Assembly: GCA_965649825.1 (NCBI GenBank)
Contig: OZ287698.1
Span: 1,658,768 to 1,702,767 of the forward strand
Source: Penicillus capitatus
Lineage: Eukaryota > Plantae > Chlorophyta
DNA length: 44,000 nt
Direction of reading: 5' to 3'
The notes beneath the pieces are model-generated. The model was not told the DNA's origin and did no database searches. It saw nothing but the letters and a program-made list of their open reading frames with translations. A program made the translations under genes and the position numbers. This document shows positions 1-11,676 of the stretch, piece after piece. The first letter of the stretch is position 1. Each line of letters starts with the position of its first letter.

Positions 1-3000
1 ACGGTCAGGACGTTTGCAAGCTTCTTTGATAATGCATTCATGAAATTGTGGAGAGAAGGGAGTCGAGTGCCAATAACCATCGACTGGAACGAGGCTGGAT
101 CTGCCACTGCATTTGGCATGATGCTCACAATCACTGCATGCGCTGGAGGATGTATTGAAGGAATAGTAATCCACTAGACAAGGCTGACACTCATAGTCTG
201 CTTCGATCTCTCCAGGAAAGCATTCCCTGGTAGAGAATGTCAAGTTTGTTCTCAGCAGTCCAGAACGAAAAATGATCTCGGAAGTACTTCCAATGCCAAT
301 CCCCAAAGTATTATTCACATTAAAGATTCCGTTTGACGCCAGATAATCTTGTTCCCCGACGATAGCCGTTGACACCAAGAGCATGTGCAGTTCTGTCGAA
401 AACTCTCTGTCCGGCGTTGCACAGCACTCAGAATCTTACCTGCATCGGCAATGCCGCCAGTGATTGTCTGATTGAAGGCATCCTTGACGGCGATTCTGAT
501 GCCATCCGATTTATTCCTGGCACAATCTTCAGGACTTTGGCACAATGGCATCAGGGTCTCTCCTCCCGTGTGGTTGACGATTGGAGACGCGGGATTTAGC
601 AGCATCAATGCATAGACACCGCTTGCGATGTTGTTCCCGTATTCTCCATCCGCGTCCTGCACACCACATGTGAACGATCACGAGACTCGAAAGTGTGATC
701 GGCGACTGTCACCAGAACAGTGTTGTTCCGCAGTCGCAGACAGTACTCTTTTGAAAGCCGATCGGACTTCGATGCAGACAATACATCCATCCACCCCTCT
801 GGATCGAGTGCGTCGCAGCCGACGAGAACGGACTCTGGATGGGAGACAAACCATCCTCCAGCTCCGTACTGGGCAACGTTTCCTGTTGCGTTGACGTTCA
901 CCAGTCGAAAGAGTCGACAGGGCTCCGTTGTTGGTCGGATCTCCGGACAGTCCCTCTGACGATTTCGGTTCCAGCCGTCTCCGGCCACTAGCACAGATGC
1001 AGCGCCTGGACAAATGCCTCAGAGAATGATGAATTTTGTCTGCGAAGGGAAATACCTCCTACGGAAGCGACGTTGCCATCGAAGACCACTTCTGTCAAGA
1101 TGACATCGCCGATCGAGCTCTCTGGCAGGACGCTGTATACCAGACACATACCACCGCCACCGCCCTCTCCGCAGGTGGAGGAGGGAGATGCAGTGTACGA
1201 CAGATCGTCAGATTGTGTAGCCTGCTGGAGCAGCGACCTGCCACTCGTGTCGTTTTCTGCTTCCGATTGGTTTCTGGCAAAATGGAAACCGGGGTCCTCG
1301 ACACGGACAGCTCTGTTTCCTTCGAACCGGGTTTTCCTGATCTGAGAGCGACACAAGTATTTAGCAGCAGGTAACTTAAAGTCAACAGACGTACTGAGAG
1401 CTTGTTTTGCCGCTGTCGATTTGCCTCTGCGAAGAGACCTCCACCGATCACGGCCGTGTTGTTCGCGAGGATGTTCGAGTAGAATGCTTCGACTACCCTG
1501 AAGGACACAGAGGCGGCAGATCTGAGAGCAATGCCACCTCCTTGATACGCCACGTTGCTGGCGAACAGAGACTGCTGTATGGATATCGTATCTGGGGCAT
1601 CCAGAACGTAGAGACCGCCGCCAGAGTCACTTGCAACATTGAAGGTAATGTTGGCATCGAGCAGCGTCATTTCTCCGCACTCAGCACACATGATGGCCCC
1701 TCCATAGACGGCACTGTTTTCGTGAAACACATCGGATCTGCCAAAGCGTCCGTCCCTGTGAAGACCCGACAGACCCCGCGTTCTGAAGTTTGCACTGTTT
1801 GTTAACAGGATACCCCCGCCAAGCTTTGCCCTGTTTCTGTACCAGATAGACGCGTTGGTCTCGAACCTGCCAACGTTCCTCAGGATCACTGCTCCTCCTG
1901 CTTCTTCCGCCTGATTATCTTCGAAGAGACAGTCATTCATGATCAGTCTGCTTTGGTGAAGTGTGACCACGTGGAGAGCACCTCCATGACGCGCTGTGTT
2001 GTTATGGAAGGTGCAGCTGTCGAATAGCCAGTCGTCCAAGTCCTCCGAGCTACACACGAAGTAGACAGCGCCTCCAATGCTGTCTTCATTGTACTGGACC
2101 GGAATAGAATCCGGAATGTTGGCCTGGTTCTTCTCGAAGGTGCAGTTTACAACGAGCATGGAGGAGCCGTTCATACTCGATGATAGAGAACTTTCGACGA
2201 GAACAGACTTTATGGCTCCCCCACTTGGGGCCCGATTGCCCAGAAAGGAAGACCCAGCCACTGAGAGATTCATAACGGAGTTCGTGGAAATAGCACCGCC
2301 CCCTTCCGCAGGAAAATTGAAAGTGAAATACTTCACAAGCTCAATCGGACGGCCGTCACGGCGTGTAATTTCGAACTGTCTTCGTTGTTGCGTCACTGAG
2401 TTGTTGAGGAAAATGGAGTCGATGATGTCCACCACTGTTCCTGCATCTCTCGCAAAGACGGCTCCTCCATTGGAAAGAGCCCTGTTGCTGTCGAATGTGG
2501 AGTTCAAGATCCGCAGCTTGCAGCTGGCACAGTGAATGCCTCCGCCTTGGTCAGCCTCGTTGTCCTCGAATCTCGAATGCCGAACCTGCACCTCCGGCAT
2601 CGGTCCACTGCATTCCACGGAAGAACATGGGTGAATGGTCAGTGTTCCCACTGGCTGCGCGAAGGCATTCGACCCTGTCTGTGTCTTCAGTCCCAGAGTA
2701 TTTCTCTTGAATGATACCCTCTCAAAGACTGCACTGGTTGTCCTGGAAGCATCATCTGGACCGTTCTCCACCACAACGGCCGAAAAGTCTCGACAGTCTT
2801 GGAATGTTACATCCGAAATCGTCACATTCGAAGACCTGTCGATCAGGAATAGCGCCAAGCGTCAAGAAGGGTAACTAAGTGAAATTGTTTGAAACGTCGA
2901 ACCGTATGAGGACAGCGCTGTCGTCAGGGGGACAAGTAATGACTGTTTGGCCACCTGCGTCGCCGAGGAGTATGACGTTGCGCATACTGATCGTCAGTCT

Positions 3001-3396
3001 TCTCTTAAACGTGTAACTTCTATTCTCCAACACTACGGTTTGTCCGTGACGCAGATTTCGAAACGCCTCCCCCAACGTTATTCCAGAGGTGACTCGGATT
3101 CCATCGACTGCGTCCTGAGTCAGATGACGCCCTAGATAGAATAAACGAAACTCGTTTCAAAAACTGAGTCGACGGTTGTATAGGCCTCAGCTAAAGAGAG
3201 GGAGGGAGGGAGAAAACGCAAAGGAAAGGAAGTAAATTTCAGTTAAACCCTCGCCAATAACGCGGTAAGTGTGACCGAGTCGACCTTTGTTTGAAGTGTC
3301 ATCTTCAGTGACGTGTCCACTTCCGCGTATGCCGTGAGCCGTTATCAAAAGTGAGAGAAAAAAGGCAGCAGTAAACTTCATACTTCGACAGAGCAT
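1..3396 (-). CDS. Multi-exon secreted/membrane protein with parallel beta-helix (pectin-lyase-like, GGA[I/V]/FxxN) repeats; 3' end lies beyond the window start
   Basis: Signal-peptide-like N-terminus (MKFTAAFFLSLLITAHG) and repeated FxxNxA...GGA[I/V] motifs in the long exon 1396-2830. GT-AG introns that restore frame: about 3132-3246, 2830-2895 and 1345-1395. The distal exon reads CQPCLVDYYSF...GYWHSTTPFSPQFHECIIKEAC, a Cys-rich segment that usually precedes a TM region. No premature stop found in the exons I traced. Confidence 0.8.
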
Positions 3397-4129
3397 TGGT
3401 TATCCCAGCGATTCACCAGAGAGTAAGAGGCGGGAGAAAGAAGAATGAAAACAATTTGCAACGGGGGTTATGCGTATCCGACGCTGCTATCGCATTGGCT
3501 TAATTTTCCCGAGCCGCATTAACGTGGCAGTTGGCATCGTCATTTGGCGGTCACTTTACGCTTTTGAGGAACCATTTTCCGTTCACGTACGTACAGAGAT
3601 GAAATGAAGTAAGCATTAAATCCCACTCATGACAGACCCTGACCTTGACGTGACGTTTGACTGGTTGATTGCCGCGGCTGTAGCAGTCCATTTTGAAACA
3701 CTTGACTTCTTGTCTTTTCATCGTTGCTTCGCGTTTGCTTTCCCTTCGCACGTATTCTCCTCAGTCCAAGTTATTGCTCTCAAGTGTCCTTTCCATAGTT
3801 CCTGTCGGCCAGGCGCTCCGAGGCGCCGCAACAGAAGACGGGTCCTGAACACAATCGACAGCCATTAAACTCTGGCTGAACGAAGACCCATGTCTTCAAA
3901 TTCAGAAAGAGGGAGAGGCAATTCAATTTGAGTACAGGATTCATGAAGTAAGAGAATACTCTCGTGGCCCACGGAACACCGCCCCAGATCTGACCACAGG
4001 GCTTCCTCGCAATGATAGCGCTAACAGCCCCTCGTGATCCCCCGGAACTGAATGAAGATAGGACCAAGATAAACAGACCCCCTCCGCTTGGCAGCCCTGG
4101 ATCTCACCAGACCATGTTCGATCGCCGTT

Positions 4130-6555
4130 CAAAGCATGACAAATAAACATGCACAACAGCCAAAGCGCACTGGACATCCTGACGAAGCATCTAGAAGACG
4201 ATTAACATGTGCAAGTAGTGGCGATCAGCGAACCGCCATGGTTTCTCCGACGTGGTGGGACAATACCACGGTTCCGCAACATCCAAGCACTGGCACCTAA
4301 AGAAGAGACAACCCTTGCACTACTCCTCGTGCGGGAGGACCTCATGGTGACGCAGATCCCAGTGGACTGCGAGCGATTCGCGGCGGCAAAGCTGGAACTG
4401 GAAGGGAGACAACAGTTCACAGTGGCATCAGCTTACATACAGCCTGAATCTGGCTGGACTTGGGTGGTCTGCACTCCGGAGCTGGCTTGAGGCATATTTC
4501 AGCCGGGAAGACACCACCTGCCTCCGTCAGATGTGGCTGACGGGAGACTTCAACTCCCGGCATTCGCTGTGGGGACCTCCGTCGTTACCGATCACCAATG
4601 TGACCGAAAACCTTATAGCCACAATGGATGACCTGAGTTTCCGGCTTCTCAATCGTTTCCCCTCTCCACCCACGTTCTCGAGCCCTTCGGGTTAAAGCCA
4701 CATTGACCTATCCTGGGGCAGGAATGTCCCCCCTGCAGCACCTGGCATGCACGTTTGGACCTCGAGTCTTTCTCGGACCACCACATCGTGGAAACACAAT
4801 TCCACGCCTTGAGACGCCGGAAGTGGAGACAAGCTCAGTGGGATAAAATCGAGGAAGCATTTGAGAAACAGGCCTCACACTGGGTGTCACAGATCGCGTT
4901 GCAAGAGACAACCAGCACAGCGGCCTCTGAAAACCAGGTCAAAGCACTTGAAGAAGCAATCAAGAAAGCAGCCCTCCGGTGGGTCCCCCTCTCCAGATCG
5001 TCTTCGGCCAGGAAACACTGATGGACCGACCACCTCACTGATCTGCACAAGAAACTTAGGCGTGCGAAACGTCGCGGAGAACGGCACCGAAGCCAATTTA
5101 GACACATGCCCGAATGTCACGCCGAAGACATCGCTGCTGCTAGAAATCCGCTCCGCTCCGAAATTCAAAAGCGCAAACGCGAGGCCTGGAGAGAGTTCCT
5201 GGTGGAGAACAGCGGCTGTACCAAAGACCTTTGGTCAACCTACAAACGGCTGACGAAACCTGCTAAGACACAGCCGATAGTATTCATCACCACGGAAGAA
5301 GACGGCATCGTTGAAGACCCGGAAACAATCAGCAAAAAGCTCTTCGCAAAATTTTTCCCGGATGGCCCCAACCTCACCTGAAAAGGGACAAACCAGGAAG
5401 AGGCAGGACCTGTCCCCCTGTCTCGGTAGCAGAAGCGCAAGACGCCTTTCTGACAGGAAGACCGTATGCGGCGCCTGGTCCTGACGGCTTACTCAAAGCT
5501 GCCATCTCTCGAGCGTTCCGACATGCCCCAAAAACCTTCGCTCAACTAGCCGAGACCAGCCTGCGCATGGGTTTCCTACCAGCTACCTGGCAGCGCTCCG
5601 ATATGGTCTGCATCCCGAAGAAGCTCAATCCGCAAAACTCGCTGTCCTGCTTACGGCCGATCAGCTTAATCGGTACACTTGCTGAGAGTGTCCACCAGCT
5701 AGTTCACCAACGGCCGGCATGGTTTGTCGAAGGGCAACTACGCTTGTCCCCCGTCAGTTTGGATTCCGTGCGGGCCGCGGCACGGAGGAAGCTCTTGTAT
5801 CCGCAACGGAGTTCGTGGAAAAGAACCTTCAGCAACAGCGCACAATATATGGCATAACACTAGATGTCAAGGCGGCTTTTGATTCCATCCACCCAAAGGC
5901 AGTCCTGGACACGCTCGTATCGTGGGACACGCCCGGCTACTTGATCCGGTGGATCGCCAGTTTCTTTGAGAACCGTGTTGCAACCATCGAACTGGAAGGA
6001 GGAAGATACAGGCATCAACCAAGGATGGGCACTCCGCAAGGAAGTCCCCTATCACCGCTCCTCTTTTGCATAGGGATCAATTCGCTCCTGAACTTGCCTC
6101 TAATGCCCAGAACGCACATACAGGCATACGCGGACGATCTGTTACTGTTAGGGACGGCTGATTCAGAGAGAACAATTCAACACAAGCTGCAGCACTGGAC
6201 TCTCCGGATGAGGAAGCCCGCCGTAAATGCCTACTGTTCGCGTCCAACAAATGCTACCAAATCAGATTCACCCAGAGAATGTACAAATCCGATACACTGC
6301 CCCCTCTTCATTAGCGGCCGTGTACTCCTCAAATAGAAAGCGGTGCTATATCTTGGAGTTTGGCTGGACGAGACGCTCTCATGGGCACCACAGGTGCATC
6401 ACGCAGCGAAGAAGGTCAGAGCTAGACTGGACCAAATTCGCCGTTTCACGGTACCCTTCTGGGGAATGCTACCAGAAGCGGTAGAAAAGCTCATCAAGCG
6501 AGCAATAGAACCGGCGGCGTACTACGGAGCGGTAGTCTGGCAAAGAGCAGCATAT
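4130..6555 (+). mobile_element. Decayed non-LTR retrotransposon (LINE) ORF2: APE endonuclease plus reverse transcriptase, 5' segment
   Basis: APE motifs QINMHNS, VAISEP, ASAYIQP, LTGDFNSRHSLWG and SHIDLSW. RT motifs APGPDG, RPISL, QFGFRAGR, LDVKAAFDSI, GTPQGSPLSPLLF, YADD and YLGVWLD. In-frame stops at 4203 (TAA), 4693 (TAA), 5019 (TGA) and 5379 (TGA), plus several frameshifts. Confidence 0.93.
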
Positions 6556-6802
6556 TGTCGCCGGTCGGGTCGGACAGAAAATACCAACAGCGGAAGACTT
6601 TCTTCGTTTACAGAGCAAGGGCAAAGTAACGTGCAGATTGTCCATTAAGTACCCCCGTGGCGACGTGACATGCCTAGGCAGGTGAGTCACCCTTGCGCCA
6701 GAACCAGAGGATAGCGCCTCAGGTGAGTCAACCTGCGTCCCCCCAAACGGTGAACCCCTCAGAAACGAGGCAGTCACATCGCCAAGCCAGATCTTGGCGA
6801 CA
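6556..6802 (-). repeat. 3' LTR of element 1
   Basis: 247-bp direct repeat of 8096-8342 with TG...CA ends. Confidence 0.95.
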
Positions 6803-6862
6803 CCACGCTTCCCGCCAAACTCCGAAAACCGAAAAAAGACCCCGCGAAGAAACACAATTAAA

Positions 6863-7942
6863 TCAGTCGAACCCCGAGGTGAATGTTCGTCTGAAAACTG
6901 AGAAAATGCTCCATCCTGATTCTGTATTTGCTTCGTGCGACCCCTCCGCTCTCTGATGCGTATCCGATGTCGTCGGATCCGCTGACGCAACCGTATCAGT
7001 CCGCGTTTGCGGACAATCCTTGGCCAGATGCCCCTTGCATCGGCACATGTAGCACAAACGACCGCGCTTGATGGCACCTCCGCCATCATCTGCCGCGTCG
7101 GTCGTTTTCGCTCTTCGGCGCCGTTGCGGGTACCGTCCGATGTCGTGTAGCACTCGCTTCATTTGCTGCAGCGTTTTCGAACTTCGCCGCCCTTCCACTG
7201 GTCTAGTCATCATCGCCTCAGCTGCCGTCTTTACATCCATCTGTAGCGTCTTCACCTCGGCACCCAACGACTGTAGACATGGCACCAAATCAGGTGCCGA
7301 AATAAACTTTCTTTTCGCCTCTGTGAAGGCGGTCTCTGTCTTTCTAAGCTTCTCGTGGATAGCAGAGGCTTCTACGCGTGCCTCGTGCGCATCCTGCTGT
7401 GCCTTGACGACACCTTGTTTTGCCTCAGCAATATCCTTCTGCAGCTGCGAGTTGACGGCCTTGATCCGCTCGCTTTCTGCCGTTGCCTCAGCACATGCTC
7501 TTCGCGCCTCAGACACGTTTTGCTGCTCACGCTGTAGGACCCTTTCCTTTCCTTCGCGAAAACTCTGCTTCGCCTCAGAGGCCCCCTTTCGCTCGACCCG
7601 CAACTGCTGCCGCAGTTGCTCGTTCTCTGCGTCTAGGGTCGCCACCCGCTGGCGTAACTGCTCATTCTCCTCCCGCAGTCTTTGTCGCTCTTGAAGCCTC
7701 GGGCAGACGTACTGCAAGAACGCCTTCGCTTCCTGTTCCCCGACCAGAAACTGATCCGTCCCACGCCAGGAAGCGACGATTTCCGGCCGTATCCGCACCC
7801 TAGCATACCACAAGGTACCAGGGTACAGACCCGCGTCCTCCTCCAATTCGCTGAGTAAAGTCGGCCCAACAGCGTGGACACTAAAAACCCCTCCTCCAAG
7901 TGACCCCTGCTCCGCTCCCCTTTCTCTTCTTGTTCGACTCAT
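6863..7942 (-). CDS. Coiled-coil protein with a CCHC zinc knuckle (gag/nucleocapsid-like), 359 aa
   Basis: Intact ATG-to-stop ORF between the LTRs. Long heptad-rich helical region and CYMCRCKGHLAKDC (CX2CX4HX4C). Homologous to 11931-12959. Confidence 0.85.
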   Translation of the reverse strand: MSRTRRERGAEQGSLGGGVFSVHAVGPTLLSELEEDAGLYPGTLWYARVRIRPEIVASWRGTDQFLVGEQEAKAFLQYVCPRLQERQRLREENEQLRQRVATLDAENEQLRQQLRVERKGASEAKQSFREGKERVLQREQQNVSEARRACAEATAESERIKAVNSQLQKDIAEAKQGVVKAQQDAHEARVEASAIHEKLRKTETAFTEAKRKFISAPDLVPCLQSLGAEVKTLQMDVKTAAEAMMTRPVEGRRSSKTLQQMKRVLHDIGRYPQRRRRAKTTDAADDGGGAIKRGRLCYMCRCKGHLAKDCPQTRTDTVASADPTTSDTHQRAEGSHEANTESGWSIFSVFRRTFTSGFD

Positions 7943-8095
7943 CCCTTGACCGTCGTCCCTTGAAGCTTCCTCGTGTCTAGCCCTCTAGACAGGACTCAAC
8001 CTCCACCAAGGAAGGCGCAACGCACAGAGCGAATGCGCAACGTCACGTAGACGGAGCTTCAAACAAAGGAACGTCACCGACGCTCCGAAACCACT

Positions 8096-8342
8096 TGTCG
8101 CCGGTCGGGTCGGACAGAAAATACCAACAGCGGAAGTCTTTCTTCGTTTACAGAGCAAGGGCAAAGTAACGTGCAGATTGTCCATTAAGTACCCCCGTGG
8201 CGACGTGACATGCCTAGGCAGGTGAGTCACCCTTGCGCCAGAACCAGAGGATAGCGCCTCAGGTGAGTCAACCTGCGTCCCCCCAAACGGTGAACCCCTC
8301 AGAAACGAGGCAGTCACATCGCCAAGCCAGATCTTGGCGACA
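8096..8342 (-). repeat. 5' LTR of element 1
   Basis: 247-bp direct repeat of 6556-6802, followed on the minus strand by a PBS-like motif. Confidence 0.95.
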
Positions 8343-8347
8343 CATAT

Positions 8348-8690
8348 AACGAGAGGAGACTGGCCCCCTAGAGAAAGCGATGAAACAAGCATGCCTCCTT
8401 CTGGCAGGCACTTTCTTCATCCTCGTCTCCCTTGCCATGATAGCTGTGGACGTCGACCGGTGTTTTGTTAAGACGTTGTCGCCGAGAGATGTGACACTGC
8501 CTTGTTCTATGGAGGTCAGCCGTGCGAGGGGGCGCTGCTTGTCTTGTCAACTGCGTCTTGGGACGTCTTTCTCTGGCCCTGAACACGAGCCGACTCACCA
8601 TTCTAGAAGGGTTACGTCACCATGCGAGTATATAATGAACAGTTTGAATCTTATCTCACCTTCTCCGAACACTGTAACAAGTCTTCTGCT
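8348..8690 (+). mobile_element. Continuation of the same LINE ORF2 after the LTR insertion, then truncated
   Basis: Removing 6556-8347 joins GAVVWQRAAY to NERRLAP/LEKAMKQACLLLAGT, which matches the post-RT helical region of LINE ORF2 (one frameshift). Confidence 0.65.
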
Positions 8691-8873
8691 GTTATCGTTT
8701 AGCGCGGCACTTCCGCGGTGACAGCCGTAACGCTAATAATGAGCTCATCTACCTACACTGAGGTCAATCTCCAAGCAACGGGGCGTAGGTTCTCTACACC
8801 TTCCCTCCACCTGACAATCCAAACATAGACTCGCTGCCTTTACATCACAGATTCAGGGATCTTCGAAGAATAT

Positions 8874-9063
8874 TGTTAGGATGGTGGAAGCAGACCAAGG
8901 AAGCGACAACATGACAAGAGGCATGATGACAACATGACGGAAATCATGTCATGTTCGATTATAAAAGGGGGTCTTGAAACAAACATTCGATACCTTTTAA
9001 AAAGTGTTCACAGTTTTGTTCAAAGAACCAATCCCTACGCGAAAGAGAATCCTAAGCATATCA
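8874..9063 (+). mobile_element. Solo-LTR-like insertion (190 bp, 4-bp TSD ATAT)
   Basis: TG...CA ends, ATAT on both sides, and absent from the homologous right arm (empty site GAATATTC). Contains CATGAC repeats and TATAAAAGGGGG. Confidence 0.7.
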
Positions 9064-9177
9064 ATATTCTTTTTTGTTGCTTAATATAGACCCGCGGCTT
9101 TGATGTGACATCAGTGAACCCCACCCTATGAAAGCGTTGTAGATGTACAGTTCTTGTCTTTCGTTGTGTAAGACTTT

Positions 9178-9380
9178 TGTCATGATGATGAAGAGCAGAA
9201 GGATGATGGTTCAAGAAATGCCTTATCATCATAAGAGGCACTGATAGCCAACAGCTATTAATGGCCACTTCACGTCAGTCACATCAAACCCAACACTATA
9301 AAAGGAGGGTTCATGTCACATTGATCGTCTTTGTAAGAAACTTTGTTGCGTCTTCCACCGTCACGCACTTATCTATATCA
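9178..9380 (+). mobile_element. Solo-LTR-like insertion (203 bp, 4-bp TSD CTTT)
   Basis: TG...CA ends, CTTT on both sides, and absent from the homologous right arm. Contains TATAAAAGGAGGG and ends in ATATCA like 8874-9063. Confidence 0.7.
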
Positions 9381-9487
9381 CTTTGCTTTGCATTTCAAAG
9401 TTTACTTTCCCCTACGGTTCAAATCATTCCCATCAAACGACCTACGCGACAGCGTTCGGTCTCCGGTTTTCGCGAAGAGTGGACGTA

Positions 9488-10357
9488 ATGGACTCGTTCG
9501 TTTTCGATGTTTTGACAGAACATGCTTTATACGGTTTGCGGCGAGACGTCATTGAACGTGAAAAATACGAGATTTTTTTCGAAGCGGTCGCGAATCAAGT
9601 TTGTCGTACGGTCTCGAGATGCTTAAGGGGAACATATCCAAGGCATGTGTGCAGGCTTAGCAGGATGGGTATGATAAGCAGGGCGAGTAAGCTGAGTGCT
9701 ATCGTCCCTCATTTCGGTGAACTCAGGCCGCTTGTTGCTGGGCCTAGGTATACGCGTATTTGGACCTGGGTCGACTACGCTAACACATTACGTAACGCTT
9801 TGGCGATGAACAACTTGGTCGATCTATGTGACAAAGTCACGTTTTTCAAGATAGTGATGTTCATCAAGTACATGAGGTCCCAGTTCAACGCTCCCATAAC
9901 AGTGGTGCAGCAACGCACACTAGCTATTCATTTAATCGAATTCATCTTAAACGACGCGGACGGGCCGGGAGAAGAGGTCGCCGCGGACGGGCCGGGAGAA
10001 GAGGTCGCCGCGGACGGGCCGGGAGAAGAGGTCGCCGCGGACGGGCCGGGAGAAGAGGTCGCCGCGGACGGGCCGGGAGAAGAGGTCGCCGCGGACGGGC
10101 CGGGAGAAGAGGTCGCCGCGGACGGGCCGGGAGAAGAGGTCGCCGCGGACGAGGACGCGGCCGTGGTTATGGAAACGAAAGTGTCGGCGTCTGGAAGCCG
10201 CCGTTCAAAACGCCGCAGCCGAGGTTTGTTGTACGAAGAGGAATTGTCAAGGGAGAGAGAGGCGAAGCGCCGCTACGGTCTTCGAATCACGCCGGCTCGA
10301 GAAGAGCGGCTTGCACTGTTAAAACAAAGAAGACGATGTGAAACAAAAGAACAATAG
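9488..10357 (+). CDS. Intronless orphan protein (289 aa from the ATG) with an acidic 9-aa repeat and a basic C-terminus
   Basis: Open frame 9383-10357 with ATG at 9488, just after the left inverted arm. Globular-looking N-terminal half. No family recognised. Confidence 0.55.
   Translation: MDSFVFDVLTEHALYGLRRDVIEREKYEIFFEAVANQVCRTVSRCLRGTYPRHVCRLSRMGMISRASKLSAIVPHFGELRPLVAGPRYTRIWTWVDYANTLRNALAMNNLVDLCDKVTFFKIVMFIKYMRSQFNAPITVVQQRTLAIHLIEFILNDADGPGEEVAADGPGEEVAADGPGEEVAADGPGEEVAADGPGEEVAADGPGEEVAADGPGEEVAADEDAAVVMETKVSASGSRRSKRRSRGLLYEEELSREREAKRRYGLRITPAREERLALLKQRRRCETKEQ
9956..10150 (+). repeat. Perfect 27-bp minisatellite, about 7.2 copies, encoding (DGPGEEVAA)7
   Basis: GCGGACGGGCCGGGAGAAGAGGTCGCC repeated without mismatch and in frame. 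Confidence 0.97.
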
Positions 10358-11284
10358 TAAGGTGGATAATTTATCTAAGAGTTCGAGGAAGAGAGATCAA
10401 GAAGATAGGTGACCCTTGAAGCAGTCCGGCGTGAAGTTTAGATTCCGCCGGAGGTTGTGTCCATGTCGTGGAAAAGTCGGGAGATCGTCGACATTGGCGG
10501 GTGAGGAGAGAAACCAATATCAGGGTCGACGTGAGAGGATAAGAATTGGCGATCTAATGCGTTACCTGGTGATGCGTGATGATGGAGCGAATATGGATGG
10601 CGAACACGCGGTAAGGGCAAAGCACAACGACCAAGGAGTGCGAGGAGTAGAAAGTGTGCGGCGATGATGATGGGTTGGTAATTAGGCGTGTTGTGGACCA
10701 CGTTCCTTGCTCGACCGCTGAGTGGCGACCTAGAGTTCTGCGACCACCATGGCATGCCGCGCGTTTTTTCTTTTTCCTTCAGTGTCTTCGTACGCAAGGT
10801 GGCTTTTCTTTCCTGTATTAAACGCTCGTTTTTCGTTTCCAGTGAGTGTCGTAGGCCTGTTGTTTTTTTCTTCAATGATGCAAACACACTTCAAGTGTTT
10901 GCATGGGTATTTTCTCAAGAGCTGTGGCCAGTGGCATTTTTGCGTCAGAGTCGCACGAAGCTTTGCTTCGAAAGTAGGCTTAAGAGTGAAAAGGGCGACC
11001 TCAGACAATTAGAGAACGACACTATAAGATCTCCATTTTTGTGCTTATGACTGTTTGCTTAAAGATCGATTGTTCGAGTGCCCGTTTTCCGCGTCGACGC
11101 CATGTTTCGTTTTCGAGATGCACTAATATGGGAGACAGTTACAGCTACTGTCGCCTCCTACGGAGAGAGAGATGTTGGTTTCCATATGGGAGAATAATAG
11201 GATGTATTGTACGACACTCTGCCGGGTTCGTCGAAGGTGGTCAGTTAACTGCCGCGGCGCCAGGGGTTAGCATAAGGAACGAGG

Positions 11285-11547
11285 TGTCGCCTGGCGAGGT
11301 GACTGTCTTGTTCTGTGGGAGGCATCCGTACCAAGAGGAGCTGATTGTCACGTTGGAAGGGTTTATGTATGGTCTAGGAAGGGGTCTTCTTTTCTGGCTC
11401 TGAGGCTCATCTAACTCATCTGCCTAGAAAGTCGTTTCATCACGCGGGTATTTAATTGACGATCCGAACTATTCAGGACCTTGCTCTGTAAACGACAAAA
11501 GTCTTCCGCTGTTGAGTTCGTTTTGCGCGGCGCGCCTTCGCATGACA
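11285..11547 (+). mobile_element. Solo LTR of the element-1 family (263 bp, TSD CGAGG)
   Basis: TGTCGCC...CATGACA ends and 5-bp TSD CGAGG (11280-11284 and 11548-11552). Shares TGGCGA.GTGACTG, ACTCA.CTGCCTAG and CCTTGCTCTGTAAACG..AAAG.CTTCCGCTGTTG with the element-1 LTR. Confidence 0.88.
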
Positions 11548-11579
11548 CGAGGGAATGGTAGTGACGTGAACCTGAACCT

Positions 11580-11676
11580 GAAGCGGGAAGGAAGAAAAAG
11601 GAAGAAGACGTCCCATCATTACAAGAAGCATGACGACATCATAACGTCATGCTGCGTAGTATAAAAAGGGGGTTCT
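11580..11676 (+). promoter_or_regulatory. LTR-type promoter module: purine tract, AGCATGACG-N9-CGTCATGCT palindrome, TATA box
   Basis: Palindrome arms at 11627-11635 and 11645-11653; TATAAAAAGGGGG at 11660. The same module occurs inverted at 25845-25940. Confidence 0.6.

Larger units (their letters stand above)
6556..8342 (-). mobile_element. Non-autonomous LTR retroelement 1 (1787 bp, gag-like ORF only)
   Basis: Two 247-bp LTRs (6556-6802 and 8096-8342) with TGTCGCC...GGCGACA ends, differing at 1 position. 5-bp TSD CATAT (6551-6555 and 8343-8347). PBS-like TGGTTTCGGAGC 2 nt inside the 5' LTR (8082-8093, minus strand). Purine-rich GGAGTTTGGCGGGAAGCGTGG before the 3' LTR. Confidence 0.95.
8700..9450 (+). 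repeat. Left arm of a long diverged inverted repeat, interrupted by two solo LTRs
   Basis: Blocks such as ATAATGAGCTCATCTAC, CGTAGGTTCTCT, AAAGCGTTGTAGATGTACAG and TTTCAAAGTTTAC...CCATCAAAC.ACCTACGCGACA match the reverse complement of 13265-13560 in collinear order. Confidence 0.8.

Noticed and set aside
6803-6830. tRNA-derived sequence at the PPT (GCGGGAAGCGTGGTG resembles the plant iMet tRNA D-arm region)
   Set aside because: The match is short, there is no cloverleaf, and it is explained adequately as a purine-rich tract.
10400-11270. Second gene or RT fragment on the minus strand (PWW, GLLQGSPI)
   Set aside because: Motif spacing is far too short for a LINE ORF2, all frames are broken, and no family could be assigned.
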